Shown here: in pieces, positions 25,150-39,180 of the stretch | How positions within the stretch are numbered: the stretch's first letter is position 1 | Layout: every line of letters starts with the position of its first letter | Assembly: GCA_043228905.1 (NCBI GenBank) | Contig: JBHGNT010000003.1 | Span: 2,852,001 to 2,916,000 of the forward strand | Length of the DNA stretch: 64,000 nucleotides | Reading direction: 5' to 3' | Source of the DNA: Azolla caroliniana | Taxonomy: Eukaryota; Plantae; Polypodiophyta | The notes under the pieces: model-generated | Database searches by the model: none | What the model was told of the DNA's origin: nothing | The model's input: only the letters and a program-made list of their open reading frames with translations | Position numbers and translations under genes: made by a program

Positions 25150-25610
25150 TGTTGAAGCACATCTTTAGTTAGTTTTGGTGATCCATTAAGACTCAAGGTT
25201 GGAAAGTTTTCTTTATTGACGTCAACATGTTTTGGTGAGATCCATGACGACTCGAGGGTAGAAGTTTTTCCATACTGATGGTAACACGTTTTTGTGGGGT
25301 CCAAGAAGACTCAAGGGTGGAAATTTTTCTATATTGATATCAACACGTTTTGGTGTAATCCACTAAGACTCGAGGGTGGAAGGTTCTATATATTGATGTC
25401 AACACGTTTTGGTCGTATCCAAGAAGAGTCAAGGGTGGCGATGTCAACACGTTTTGGTGGTATCCAAGAACGAGTTAAGGGTGGCGATGTCAACACGTTT
25501 TGGTGGTATCCAAGAAGAGTCAAGGGTGGAAGTTTTTCTATATTGATGTCAACACCTTTTGGTGGGATCCAATAAGAGTCAAGAGTCGAAAGTTTTTTAT
25601 ATTATTGCTA
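25150..25610. repeat. Minisatellite, ~42-57 bp unit, about 8 copies
   Basis: Unit caagggtggaagtttttctatattgatgtcaacacgttttggtggtatccaagaagagt. Confidence 0.85.
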
Positions 25611-28005
25611 ACATGTTCTTGTTTCTCATCAATTTGATGTTTAGTGTGCACATTTAGATTAGGACATTGCAATGATGATGAGACAAGACATTCTAACAAC
25701 CTTAAAAAACATTAAATGTTGAGCCACAATGTGAAAGTATCACCTTTATCCACCATATAAGGAACTTTCACTATTCCAACAATTTATTTGTTGTCATAAA
25801 TAAGAAGGTACCTTATGATATTACATAAGGATGTGATAGTGTGGTGGTTAAACTTGTACTCTAAGGTTATATTTACAAGCCTAAAGCCATGGTTTTGATA
25901 TTGTATTTGTTATACAATTCTTTATTACTATGGTTTTGACATCAAAGTTGTGTTCTATACAAAAACTCCTCACAATCTTAGTTTGAGGTCTTCTAGAATG
26001 TACACCACTACTTCACTTCTAAACACAATACAAGGAATGGAAATGGTTCTAACTACCATTTAAAATCAAGGCTAATATTGATGTCCATTATTTGCCATAA
26101 AACTTATTACTCTTATTTTGGCATATATTTGTTATTTATTAGATTCCCTATTGCTCAAGGTTATGTGAACCATGGAGAATAAATTTTGATTCATTACAAT
26201 ATGCACATTATGCATACGTATGAATACGCGCAATATTTAGGAATTCAATAACATAAAACTTAGATATATTCAACTTATTCTTCTTGATCTGATGCATTTT
26301 GTCTTTGAGGATACACAAAACCAATATATATCGATGGAAAATTTATACCCTATGCTTGGATAACAATAATATACCCGACATTCCTTTTTAACGAAGATAA
26401 GATCATCTAGTAGGCACACAATATAGGAAAATGACATTCATTCTAAGCTCTATACATACATTCTAGATTCTCAATCTATACATACCTAAATTCCTTCCAT
26501 TAGTTATAAAATTTTAAAGATGAGAATGTTATATACAAATCCCAATAGGGACACAATAGTTCCATCTTATAAGGAGGCCCGTTGACTCAAGAAAGGGAGA
26601 GGATAACGATTCAGTTGGATGAAGGCTAATCGTTGTCTTTCGACTCCATTGGATCCATCCATGAGGCCATCGTATTGGCTCTTTAGAGTAGCTACAACTT
26701 CACTCCATATCTCCTACAACAATTGTGCTTGATGCATGGTTTGATAGGAAAAGACCTGTCTATATCGTTGTTTACAAAGGACCCAAAGAGTAATTGGGCT
26801 TACAAATTCAGCTTTGGTATTTATAAGACTTGAGTGGATATTGTGAATGGTGGAAAACAAATCCCTTCTGCCTTTATCACCAGTGTCATCCCCTCCTCCT
26901 GATGTTCATACTTGTCAATTGGGCCCTGCCATGATAACCAACATACATTTCCTCACTTGTTTGTGTGTTGCACCTAGCACGATAGCAATAGGCGGCCAAC
27001 CCCCCACCATATTCAATGGGTCTTTGGGCACTCCCACAAAGCATGTCGAATTGACTCTATTACATTTGGGCACACTACACAATTACAAGAGCTAAGGATC
27101 CCACGCGGACACACTCCAAACAGTAGTGACCTATGTGTTATTAGCCATTGGAATGTAATAATTCGCCTAACGTGATGTTGTTTCTATATTTTCTGCCAAA
27201 ACTTAGCAATAATTACACGGGGAGCATGACATGTGTGCCACGTCTTTGCAACAGCCAGCTCTCAAACGATTTGAGCAGCTCGAATGTGGTGTCCTAATCT
27301 CGTTGTGAATTGGAAGAAAAGGATAGCCTTGCTTCCTGGACCCGCATAAGGATCGTGTCCCGTCAATTGCAAAGGGTCCTAACTTACCTTATGTAGGTTG
27401 TACTTTGATTGGATCGGGGTCTACAATCCAATTACGACCTATATATGCGAGTACTCGAATTGTCATGTTCAATGTTGGTACCTCATTGTCTCACAATTCA
27501 TGGCCTTGGATCATATCCGGTGTTTCCCTACCTCTTGGGATCAAGGATCTCTCCTCATAGCCTATCCATTTTAGATCTCATAGCCTATCCACTTCAGATC
27601 TTCAACCTATCCCTTATCGTCCTTTGATTAACAACATTCCTTAGCAATAGAGCATTCATAAATTCAGATATGATAGTCATTTGCCCTTAATTCCATGGAG
27701 AATGTTGGCTTGATCTTGTAGTGGCAATGACATAAACCATCTCCAACATGTTTTACTCTTTCCTGAACCTTTTGCAATGCTTCCCCATGATAACCCCTTA
27801 CTTGATCCAATTAGTTGACCAGATTCTCATTATTGTATCTCTCTCTCTCTCTCTCTCATATTTCATAGATAAATACATACTGATAGACTTTATCATCATG
27901 GGAGGACAAGAACTCATACTTGTGTAAAATAAGGAATGTTACTTTGATCTTCTCGAAGAAAGCATCAATTTAGAAGTAGTAGTTGTAGCATGGGATATTT
28001 AAGAC

Positions 28006-28150
28006 ATGGGTGAGAATATCAACAATCCAACCAATGGGATTGTGCATACACATGAACCCATCCATCCTAGCCATACAAACCACTCCATTGGGCAACTTGG
28101 CCAAGCCAAATGGATAGAAGTAATGATAATAAAGATCAATAATATTGCTA
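28006..28150 (+). pseudogene. DUF247 5' fragment (C-type)
   Basis: MGENINN..HEPIHPSHTNHSIGQLGQAKW matches the start of 40550; leader motif upstream. Confidence 0.75.
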
Positions 28151-29500
28151 TTAAGTATATGTAATAAGGAGTTTTGCGAGTCAACCCTTTAGAAATATTT
28201 TTCGAGGATATGTACTCGTTAGAATTATCTCCAAGGTTACACCTAACACTGAGTAGAAAATATGTAACATTGAAAGTAACCCAATGTTACCTAGATAAGT
28301 AGAAAATAAATAACATTACAAGTTCTTTGATGTTGCCCAATTTTCTTTATTAGTGACTTAGATGAAAATTCATAAAAATGTCTCCAAAGTTAAATTTGTA
28401 TTTTATAAATAATAACAACAAATGATGGGTTTAATGTTGTGCTTGTAATAAATTTCTCCATACTTGTACTTTGATATCAAAGTTGTACTACTCTTCACAA
28501 CATTAGTTTAAGATCATATTCACCTAGTCGAATCCATTGCTCCTAAAGAATGTCTTTAGACAATCACAATATGCTCACGATTTACCAAAAAAATCATTAT
28601 TGTTGTTGTGGCATTGTCCAATGTTTGAATAGTAAACTTATTGTTATTGCAATGCATAAATTGGCCCATTTATCATAAAATCTCATGATTCGTGAACAAT
28701 AACAATATGCTCATATACAAATGCATTGATAACTTTTTCATTTGTCATTTCTCCCATTAAAGATATTGCTAATAAAGAGGTTAAATAAAGCCTTCGTTGT
28801 GCCATTATCCAAAGTTTACTAACAATAAAAATCAAAGTCAAATTTCCGCAAGGTACACATTACAAATCCATATGCATACAATAAATAGGATGTCAATACT
28901 CAATACCACCAAGTGCACATATTTTCAAAATTTAAATCTTATTGATACTTTTTGTATAAACATTTGAAGATAGACAAACATATAGATAGCAAAACTTCCA
29001 CTTTGTGTTTGGAAATCTATAGATGAGAATTCCTTTCGTAAAAAATTAAGTCACGTATGCGCACGCACAGGTGCAAACTTCTATGTGGAAGAACAAATTC
29101 AATGGTTAAGCCATGATATCTAGGAAAAAGAACCATAACAATGTCTAGAAAAAGATACCTCGGTAACAAAAGTGTGAAATACATCGGTAATTGAGGGAGG
29201 TTCAACATATATTCAAAAATAGTGTTGAATTTTTGGCCCACAAGGAATTTATTTCACTATCCTAGGAATGGAAAGTAATTGAAAACAACATATGCCACAA
29301 ATCAAGATATTAGATTACCTTCCTAATATGTAATCTAGGAATGACAACTCATAACGATATCTAAGTCCATGACTACTGTGATTATGTGGTTGATTACATG
29401 AGAAAGAGATCATGAAGGCTGATTATGTTGTTGATACTGTGATTGTCAACATATTAATGTTCCAAAAGAAGTGATCGGGTAAGTCCTACGTGCAATGATC

Positions 29501-29625
29501 GAGGTGAAGCCACAATCAATACTATATGCATATCTTGACCATTGGTGCATTGTATGAAAACCTCAAGCCTTCCCCTCTTGACAAATGTAAGGCCATTCAC
29601 ATGTAGAAATTCATAGAATGCATGC
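29501..29625 (+). pseudogene. DUF247 fragment (A-type)
   Basis: Matches 1308-1430 (EVKPQS..LTIGALYENLKPSPLDKCK). Confidence 0.7.
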
Positions 29626-30159
29626 CTCTCTTGGTGAGGATGAAATGGATGCCCACTTGTAGTGTTAGGGATGACCTATGATTGGGGTAAATTAAATGAG
29701 AATTCGAACAATCTAGAACATACATATGAACATGAAACAAGGAACACAAAGTATCACTCTCTTTACTCTAGCTATTTGCAAGTCTTCAATTCAACTTTAT
29801 CTTCCCAAATCCTAATTTATGGCCCTCATCTAGGGTTTACTATTACCGTTATGTTATGGCGAGTTCACTATGAAGATTCACCATGGGTTTGTGGCACATT
29901 ATCAATGGTGAGTGAAGAGGGTGACATTTTTGTACAAATTACCAACCTAGTATAAGAAGGTGATAGTAAATGCATCAGTGATCACATAAATTTTCCCACT
30001 GTCTATGGATTAGAATTCAGTCTCAAATTAACATAGACAAATTGAGGCAAATGTGGACGAATTGACTCAATCATTTACATGTTGTAATTGTTTGAGAGGA
30101 AATAAGTACAAAAAAATAAACTAAAATTGTGTGGACCAATTGATTGAGTCAAATGTCTT

Positions 30160-30235
30160 AGAAGAGCTCATGAAACACCTCATTCCTGACCCCATTGATC
30201 TTAACAACCATTAATTGATCCTCTCCCCAATATAT
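30160..30235 (+). pseudogene. Tiny DUF247 fragment (C-type)
   Basis: ELMKHLIPDPIDLNNH resembles ELVTHLIPEPPDLSNH in 56678. Confidence 0.55.
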
Positions 30236-30547
30236 CATTAGGACTTTTATAGATAAGGACCAACAGGGCAACAACTACCATGCATACTTGCAAGTTTGAC
30301 CCATGTACCTACCTATGTGTTTGGTTGAGGACCGAGAGCTAAATGCAGCGACAAGTTTTAATTACTGAAGAAGGCCTAGCGTTCAACAATAACTGATTAT
30401 TGCAAATTGATTTCCGAGACCATTTCAATTTAAAGCCCTTTATGTGAGTGAGAATAGCACAATTTCATTTTACATCCATTTCTGCAATTTTGGGAATTCA
30501 TAAACTTTTGCCTTGGAACCCTAAAATCTTTTTTCACGAGTAATTTC

Positions 30548-31293
30548 TGTTGGGAATATGGGACTGAATTGGGATGATTTAAACTTCAAGCACAATTAAC
30601 ACTAGATGAAACCACAATATAAAAATGAGAGTACACCAAAAATTTTAACATAAAAAACCTAAAACAAGGAAAGACCACGAAACCATAGGTTCCAAACAAC
30701 TTCACTACATTTTTTAGTACAACAAAATATGACCTCACTAGAGAAATGTATCAACCTCAAGGCATTGGCCTTCGTTACAACCTTCACGTAATCAGGTGGA
30801 TATAATAACAAAGAATGCACAAACCTCAAGGCCACAACCTTGGCTACACTATAGTGGGTACAAATGAGTACGGACACTCTAGGTATTGACTAGAGAAAAT
30901 GTTCTAGCTTCAAGGCAATGTTCCAACTCTCACTCTATTTCCTCTTATGTTTTTTCTCCTTGATGTTCAATGTCCATAACCCTTTGTTCACACACACAAA
31001 GACACATAAAAGAGAGACACCAAAAACCATACAAAGAAAAAACCCATACATATATAACTGTCCACACACACACACACACACATATATGTAGGATGTGTGT
31101 GTGTGTGTGTATCTGTAAGTAGGTATATGTTAATATAGTTAATTATATCTTTTTCCTTTTTTCAGCCCCAAGTCAATTCGACGCTTAGCCTATCAGCCGA
31201 CTCTCAACTTTTTGTCGATACTTAGACTAACCGACTCTCAATCGGGTCTTTGGCTTCAGCTAGTTGTGGGCTCTAATTGAGTGAATCCCAACG
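30548..31293 (-). mobile_element. Solo LTR (~746 bp)
   Basis: TGTTGGGA...TCCCAACG inverted termini; perfect 5-bp TSD ATTTC at 30543-30547 and 31294-31298. Confidence 0.78.
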
Positions 31294-31399
31294 ATTTCTT
31301 CTTCCTGTGGATCTGTGATGTTAAAGGCACACACAAAGATGAATGAAACAAAATGCGAAAAACAAAACGTAGGGAGGAAAAAATATTGTACAGATTGTT

Positions 31400-32070
31400 T
31401 GGCTAAATGATGTTGAGAACACAATGATGGCAACATGGAGAGATGTTTTGAACAAGGAAATAGGCCTTGTGGAGGAGGCCATCAACTACAACTTACTATG
31501 GTGTGGACGGTCAAAAATGTAATAGATACCATTCAAATCAGGATTATCGAAAACCTTAAGAGAAACATAAATCTTTAAGAATACATGATGTCTTAATGTT
31601 AGTGGAATTTTAATTGCTAACGGTGTCGTGAAAAAAACCGGAGTTAGGCGGAATCGGTGAAAAGGGTGTGTGAACTGGCCCTTACGCATGGGCATGAGGA
31701 TTGATAAGTTGTACATAACAAGGAGTAGGTCGGCTTATGTAAATATACTAGGTAGTACACATTTATTACCTAGGAAATCGATGCATATCTTCATCTAAAG
31801 GGACAGAGAATATAGATAATGTAACCAAATGGTAACAGCCTCTCCCCGACAGCCTACAAAAATTAGTGTCACAACAATGTCTAGAAAAACATACCACGGT
31901 AACATGAGTGTGAAATACATTTGTAATTGAGGGAGGAAAAGCCTACAAGAAAGCAAATGTAATGTTCTCTTTACCCATTTCAGCATAGGAACCAATGCCA
32001 ATATCCTTGTTCCACACAAGGCATTTTCCAAAACAACCCCTATTTGCTCAATCACCCTCTTCAATTCATC
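31400..32070 (-). pseudogene. Second copy of the decayed NB-ARC remnant
   Basis: IGIGSYAEMGKENITFAF, YVFLDIV, TPLAIKI; homologous to 48030-48590. Confidence 0.5.
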
Positions 32071-32294
32071 AAGTTTACACAATAATAGTATAACAGCAAC
32101 AGGAAAAAGAATAAGGTGATAACGATTAAAGTGATGAAAGTGCAAAAATGTCAACAATAATGACAACCCTGATGATCAAACCACCAATTTCAGCATAAAC
32201 GCAGAATTTGACAAAGAAAATAACAGGAAATCTCAACATCACATAAGCATAGATAAATAAATGGAGAATCTACAAGACAGAGTTGCAGAAAAAA

Positions 32295-32400
32295 GTTCGA
32301 GGCGTGTGAAGGTAACCTGTCGGTAATCATGTATGACAAGAGGACCTTATCTCATTCACAAAATTTGAGATAAGCTCTTACAACAGTCTTAGCTTATCTC
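32295..32400 (+). pseudogene. DUF247 B-type fragments plus 3' UTR
   Basis: FEACEGNLSVIMYDKRT matches 38680-38730 and is followed by the TVLAYL tail and the B-type 3' UTR. Confidence 0.7.
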
Positions 32401-32504
32401 ATACCTTGGGGCGAACGCCAAGCAAGCTCTTACAACATTCAAGTATTCATTCATTCAGCTTCCATTTATATTCCTTAGGTCTTCCATTTGATCTACCGGA
32501 CTAC

Positions 32505-33150
32505 ATGTTGCCCATTACTTATGTATTTGTAGTTCCTGTGGTCTAGCTTGCTTGTGAAATATCGTTGACGATTATGAACTGATTAATGGTGCATCCTTTT
32601 CATGAATCGTGTACAAATTAGTCACTAATTTCATTGACAGGATTTATTTAATGCCAACTATTTATGTATTTATAGTCCTGGAACAGATTGCCTTATCAAA
32701 TATTGTAAAAGATTATGAACTTATGGTGAATCGTTTTTATGATTCATTTATAAATTTTTTATTAATTTGATTTATAGGTTCCTTTACTGCTCACGATTTA
32801 TGTATTTATAGTCCTGCACAGATTGCCTTCTGAAAGATTCTGTATTCATGGTGAATCGTTTTCATGATTCATGTATAAATTAACTATTAGTGTGATTTAT
32901 AGGTTTCTTTATTTTCCATTACTTATGTATTTATTGTCGTGGACCAGATCGCCTTCTGAAATATTGCTGAACATTATGTACTTATGGTGAATCGTCTTCA
33001 TGATTCTCGTATAAATTAATTATTAGTTTGTTTTATAGCTTAGCTAATTCCCATTATATATATTATGTATTTATAGTCCTGGACCCGATTGCCTTATGAA
33101 ATATTGTGGAAGATTATGAACTCATGGTGAATGGTTTTCATGATACATAT
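32505..33150. repeat. ~115-bp tandem repeat derived from the DUF247 B-type 3' UTR, about 5-6 copies
   Basis: Unit cccattatttatgtatttatagtcctggaccagattgccttatgaaatattgtggaagattatg..; about 3 copies at 39320-39660 and one at 11360-11450. Confidence 0.85.
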
Positions 33151-34724
33151 ATACACTAATGGACATAGATGTTACAATGTGGTTGTTAAATTGTAGGAGA
33201 TTGACGAAATGAAGTACTACTAAAGCACAATTTCTTCTTCTCTTTCTTCATCATCATCTTCTTCCTGATCCCACGTTCATTAAATTACCTACAAGTTGAA
33301 TACGATGCCAAACAAAATATATTGATTATGGAATATCCAAATCAGTTCTACTATATCGATTAGTTCTATTACTTCTGGAAATACATACTTGTAAGTTGTT
33401 ACATTACTTCTATTTGTCTAATGAACATACATACTTGTAAGTTGCCAAATCCATTTAGTTTCTCTTTCATCTCCCCTTTCAAAATATTACTAGAAAGTTT
33501 GTTAGAATATGCCTCCACCAAACTGGAATAACTGATGGATGGATGATAGGTTTGAAGGAGTCGTTAGATTGCAATCTGCAAGAACAGGAGGAGTGGACTC
33601 TTGATCTCAAAATTCCATTGCGTGATATGCTAACATTAGCCTATAGATCTCAATTTTATGATACGCTATGTAATCGAGATTGGAGGGCACAACTAAAAAT
33701 TGAATCTTTAAATGCACTAATTATTGCTTGGATGGATACACAGTTTTCTGTCATCGCCAGATGTAATTGACCGCTTTGTATGAAGGAATTCATATGACAA
33801 GTCGTGGCAGCATCTAGCTCAAACTATAAACTTCTTCGACAATTTCCTTAAACTCAAAATTTGAACTTCTTCCACAAATTCTTGCTTTTCATGAGGGATT
33901 ATTGAGCATCCAAAACCGAATTTTGCTACGTCTCAATTAGACTTGCTTTTTTCTCCCCCAATATGACAAAATTATGTTAGATGGCCTTCCGAGTTTTCAC
34001 CGACTTTGTTTACTGACTTTCAATAAACACGATACCTCTAAAATTTTACATTGGATGTATCCAAGGGTCGTTTCATCCATTTTTGTTCAAACAATTGGCC
34101 TTCCGTTGAGAAATTTCAGTGAGAATCTATATCCTTACCCTAAGAATGAACACCAGTTTAAAAAATTTATGACACATGCACATAAGCATTATTTGGGATT
34201 ACAATACAAGTAATTGTTTATACATAAAACCTATATGCCACAAAACTCCGATTATTTGAAAAGATGGAAATTGAATCGAAGACTTGTGAACAACCAACAA
34301 TTTTGAGTATAGGCACAATGCTATTGTGATTTATAAATGTGCGTCGTTCAAGTGTAGTAAAATGCCAAACTATGAATATGCACGATCCTAAAGAAACATA
34401 ATTTTATTGCATTAATTATGTATATAGGTATAGACATTCATACAATACATACCATTATTAATGTTAAGAATAAGTGTATGGCTTATTACAATGATGTGGA
34501 TGCACAGATATATAGTGATGGATGGCCTTTAGAGTTTTCCGTAACATTATTTGCGAACTTTCATTAATACATCTCTTAAATTTTAGCTTGTTCTATGGAC
34601 GGAGTCAATTCATCCGTTTTTACTCAAATCCTTAGTAATTACTTTGAAGGCGCTATGCATAAAAAGAGGGCTGGTACTACACCGTAAAGAACTATACTCC
34701 TTCTAAAGAAAGTAGATCAAGCTT

Positions 34725-34815
34725 ATGAAACAACAACAAAAGAAAAAGAAAAAGAAGAAAATGATCTTGACCATCAGCCCATTGTATCAAAACCTCAATA
34801 CTTCTCCTAGCGATA
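34725..34815 (+). pseudogene. DUF247 A-type start fragment
   Basis: aagcttATG MKQQQKKKKKKKMILTISPLYQNL is the A-type start fused by deletion to the IGPLY block. Confidence 0.72.
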
Positions 34816-35022
34816 AAATGTATACATATATCATATATGTATATATATGTTTATTGGTCGACCGAATGGTCGGTTCGACCACACCATCTGGTCGATCCGA
34901 CTGGTGGGCAATGAATTACCTACGATTCGCCCAACAGCCAAATCGATCGATTGACCGATCCGACCATACAATCAAAATTCAGCGACCGACTCCTCCCATT
35001 AAGAGGGATTCAATACTTAACA
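34815..35022 (-). mobile_element. Partial third copy of the same solo LTR
   Basis: Matches 19555-19777 and shares the right flank gttat..aatattaggcatgatgc. Confidence 0.7.
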
Positions 35023-35559
35023 GTTATGAATCAAATAAATATTAGGCATGATGCATGCATTCTTAAACATAACTTTTTCTATGAAAACATAATTCATAGG
35101 TGTCATCAACGTTCGATAAACATATTGTATTGACTAAACATGTGAGATCATATTGTATTGAATAAACATGGCTTCATTGTTCAATAAAATCAGCTTTCCT
35201 AAGACTTTCCTAAACCCTAAACCTTTTAAACGTCGCTTAACGGTTCGGTTCGGTTTGAGCTTAAACCGGGCCCATTCCTAATATGAATGTAGTACCTTTC
35301 TTGGAAAAAAAACGTCCAAATTGTTTTAAACATTGAAAACATTTTAAATAAATAAGAATATTCAAAAACATTGAGAGCATTTTGAATACATGTGAGAATT
35401 CTAAAATATGTATAATGAGTAGGATATATGCTTGAATGAGAATCTCAAAAATCTAGTCATATCTCAGTTTACGCCGTGAAAAATCCCACCTCAACGACCA
35501 CAAAATCAAATTCTTAATTAATTTTACTATAATTAAAGTATGATATCCATTTAAAATGA

Positions 35560-35760
35560 AAAAATGAAAAAATAATGTGTATACCCTTTCTTGACTAACT
35601 TTGTGATCATAACTAGAGGGAAGAGAATAGGTTTTCTAATCAAATCCATGGAAATCAATTCCCATTTAACATTGAATATATAATAGATCTTACAAATTTT
35701 CTAAGTTTATAGATCTTCTTGATCCCAAAATGGTTTCATGAAGTATTTTATTCTCCCTTT
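35560..35760 (-). mobile_element. Possible Ty3/gypsy integrase remnant
   Basis: Minus strand gives KWELISMDLI, like the integrase WxxISMDFI motif. Confidence 0.35.
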
Positions 35761-37677
35761 CAAAGAAAATGGCCCACAAAATCTTCCAAAATAATATGAA
35801 ATACTCTTGTACCAATGATTTTATTCCTTCAAATGTATCACCCATATGAGCATGTTAGCGGTTAGACACACTTGCATAAGAATATTTCACCATTAACACA
35901 ATGGTTAGACACATGTTAGAACAACTTAGAGAATGAAATACTACATTATGGCCTTTTTTACTATATGCATAGACGACTTTATTCTCTTTTCCCTAAGAAA
36001 TTCCACTTGTAATGGTTGAGAATCAAACTCAATCTAAGTTCTAGTGTGTGAACATACCTTGTACATAGAGTCTAAGGATAAAGATCACCACTACTTTCTA
36101 ACATTAACTATGTGTCATATTCTATGACGCATAGCTAATGAGTTTCAACATTCCCCGTGACACATGAGCTTCTATCGTTACTAGAGAAAGAGTGGTGTTT
36201 TTGTGAGAAAGAGCGTGCCTTTATTCCTCTTTCATTTGGGAATGTGGAGACGGGTGCCAAATTAGAATGTGGGATGATGAAAGGGTTACCTATAAGAATC
36301 TTCATTGTTAAAATAAGGCAGAAAGGGTGCTAGACCACCCAATCACCCCCTAGCGAAGGTGAATGTTGCATGTCACCCTTGATGTTATCCAATGAACCCC
36401 CCTCTAAGATTACACACAATCTTTGTCGAAATCATAGTAATTGTCAAAAGGATTATATACCAATTTGTTGATTAGCCTTCTTAGAAATGTTTTTGTGAGT
36501 TAGCCTTCTTAGAAATGTTTTTCAAGGATATGTAGTATGTACTCATCGGAATTACCTCCAAGGTTACACCTAACATTAAGTAGGAAATAAGTAGCATGAA
36601 CCGTCGTCAAAAGAATAGTACATTGAAATTAACCCAACGTTACCTTGGGTTAAAGCTTTTCAATGTTGCCCAATTTTCTTTATCAATGGCCTAGATGAAA
36701 ATTAAATAAGAATGTCTCCAAAGTCAGATTTGTATTTTATACTTAATAACAACTTACGACAGGTTTGATGGTGCTTGTAATAAATTTCTCCATGTTTGTA
36801 CTTTGATATCAAAGTTGTACTCTTCACATTCACAACATTAGGTTAAGATCATATTCAACAATACATTGCTCCTAAATATGTATGTACTTAGAAAATGACG
36901 ATATGCTCACTATTTGCCATAAAATTCATAACTTTTGTTTTAGCATTCTCCAATGTTTGAATAGTAAACTTACTGTTATTGCAATGCATGGCCCATTCAT
37001 CATAAAATCTCATGATTCGTGAACAATAAGAAAATACTGATATACAAATGAATTGATAACTTTTTCGTATGCGGATACCTTGATATTGAGGCCTTACGAC
37101 TTACAAAGTTGATCACAATACCAATGGAGAAAGTTCATGGGGAATTGAACCTGCTCCACAATCTAGACTCAAATCCAATTCAAATATGAAATAATGTAGT
37201 TTTAACTCACATGTAACACGCTAATATTATTTGATGGACAAACATGCTTAGTACATCGTTTTGATCGACATCATGCAAATGTCTGAATACTTTCTACTGT
37301 CCTGTACATGCTATGATCGAGGAAACAATTGTACCGTATATGCTTAGATATAATACATACTCTGAAGAGGGGCAGAGGCAAAGCAATAATTCAACATTGT
37401 TTACGAAATAAAGGAAAAGTGAGAGTCTCGTATGAGGAATCAGGATAGCTTGATATTCACGCCTTACAACTTACAAAGCTGATGACAATACCATGAGGAA
37501 TTGAACCTGCTCCACAATCTAGATTCCAAGACTATATGTACTCTTTTTCTTTTCCAAAGAATGGAGCTACTTTCCCATTAGCAAGGAGAGGATCTAGACT
37601 CAACTTATTGTGATCACAGCTAAGTATTTTGTAAAACGAAATCACATAGCTGAGATCGGGTGTTCTGATCAGACAAT

Positions 37678-39180
37678 ATGACAACTCTTTCTGATAAGCA
37701 TGATGATGAAACCACCCATTCTAACAAAGAAGAAGATGTTGAGATAGTAGAGACCGGAAAAACTACCACCCTCAACATCATAGATAAACCGCAAAACACT
37801 AAAATATCCCCAAATGCCTGGAGAGTGGCTATGACTGAGTTGATCAATCAGACTACCATAGCTGCTGTCGGTGCCCGAGGTGAAGATTGGAAGATTCGGA
37901 AGCCTTCCGCAGAAATCTGGGAAGCGAAGCCGGAGGCATATAAGCCTAAGAGACTGAAGATCGGTCCCACCTATCAAACTCTAGAGCCTAGCCATGCTAA
38001 TGACCTGAAGGCAAGGTTTATGAAAGAATTTATGACGAGATGTAACATCAGAGCTGTACAAGAGGTCATAGACGTGGTAGCCTCTCATCAAAATAAGAAA
38101 CTCGCCGAAATCTATGTTCCACAAAACCGTCATACAGGATTTGACATACAGTGGCTAGATCTTGTGGTCACTATTGATACAATCTTCATTGTGGAATTCC
38201 TTGATCAGTGCTACCAATCGAGAACCCTTAGAAAGAGCGTTCTTTATGCCAACAACATGGAACACTCGTTCATGCTTAGTGTAGAGAGGGATTTGTTGGT
38301 GATGGGCAACCAAATTCCCATATCATATTTAGTGCATGTTTGGAACACCTATTCAGAGCATTACAAGGTTGATTGCGAGACGGCAGTAAGGGATTTCATC
38401 GTCCATCGTAATCCATTCTTCTTTATCACAAAAGCGAGAACACGTTTCCTAGGATTTCTTGATTCGGAAGGCATCAAACTGACCGAGAAGGCCAACACTC
38501 TACTTCATTCCCTGTACTTAACATGCACTTTGCACGCAGAGCCTAATTCTAGGATGTCTGCTGGTGAAGAATCCCATTCTGAAGAACACAGAACAGTAAA
38601 CATGGTGGGAGTCGAAACTTCCAAAGAGGAATTTGTTCGCCTGCCAACGGCATCTGAACTCCGCAAAGTCCGCATTTCATTCAAGGCGTGTGAAGGTAAC
38701 CTCTCGGTGATCATGTATGACAAGAGGACACGTCGGCTCCATCTTCCGAAGATTGCCGTGCTCAATAGCACGGAGGATATGCTGAGGAACCTCACTGCAT
38801 TGGAAATAAGTCACAGCTATGGAACTGCGTTTTCGATGTATGGTGTCATAATGGATCAGCTCATCGACACCCAGGAAGATCTAGAAATCTTGGAGAAGGC
38901 CAAGGTCATAGAGAACCACCTGGAGACCGGTCAGAGGTTGATCGACATGTGGAAACACACGTGCATCAATAAGCGCTATGATCCCCGCACCGGATCAATG
39001 GTCGATGATGTCGTTGCCGACCATTCCTCCACTTTGCATCGCTGGCTTGTCGAGTTTTGTGACAAGTTCTGTTCTCGGCCATGGTATACGACATCATTCT
39101 TTGCCGCGTTTATACTGCTTATAGCTACAATATTGCAGACAGTCTTCACAATCTTACCTTACCTCAATCCCAAACCTTGA
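37678..39180 (+). CDS. DUF247 protein, divergent sub-clade B, intact, 500 aa
   Basis: YKPKRLKIGPTY, RDLLVMGNQIP, LPTASELRKVRISF, TEDMLRNLTALE, MDQLIDT, SRPWY plus TM helix. Confidence 0.92.
   Translation: MTTLSDKHDDETTHSNKEEDVEIVETGKTTTLNIIDKPQNTKISPNAWRVAMTELINQTTIAAVGARGEDWKIRKPSAEIWEAKPEAYKPKRLKIGPTYQTLEPSHANDLKARFMKEFMTRCNIRAVQEVIDVVASHQNKKLAEIYVPQNRHTGFDIQWLDLVVTIDTIFIVEFLDQCYQSRTLRKSVLYANNMEHSFMLSVERDLLVMGNQIPISYLVHVWNTYSEHYKVDCETAVRDFIVHRNPFFFITKARTRFLGFLDSEGIKLTEKANTLLHSLYLTCTLHAEPNSRMSAGEESHSEEHRTVNMVGVETSKEEFVRLPTASELRKVRISFKACEGNLSVIMYDKRTRRLHLPKIAVLNSTEDMLRNLTALEISHSYGTAFSMYGVIMDQLIDTQEDLEILEKAKVIENHLETGQRLIDMWKHTCINKRYDPRTGSMVDDVVADHSSTLHRWLVEFCDKFCSRPWYTTSFFAAFILLIATILQTVFTILPYLNPKP

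Noticed and set aside
25150-25610. CRISPR-like array
   Set aside because: Degenerate head-to-tail units with no unique spacers, no cas genes, and a eukaryotic context.
26560-27800. Possible decayed kinase or LRR gene
   Set aside because: Only vague fragments (SLSILDL, IVLD) with no ordered motif set.
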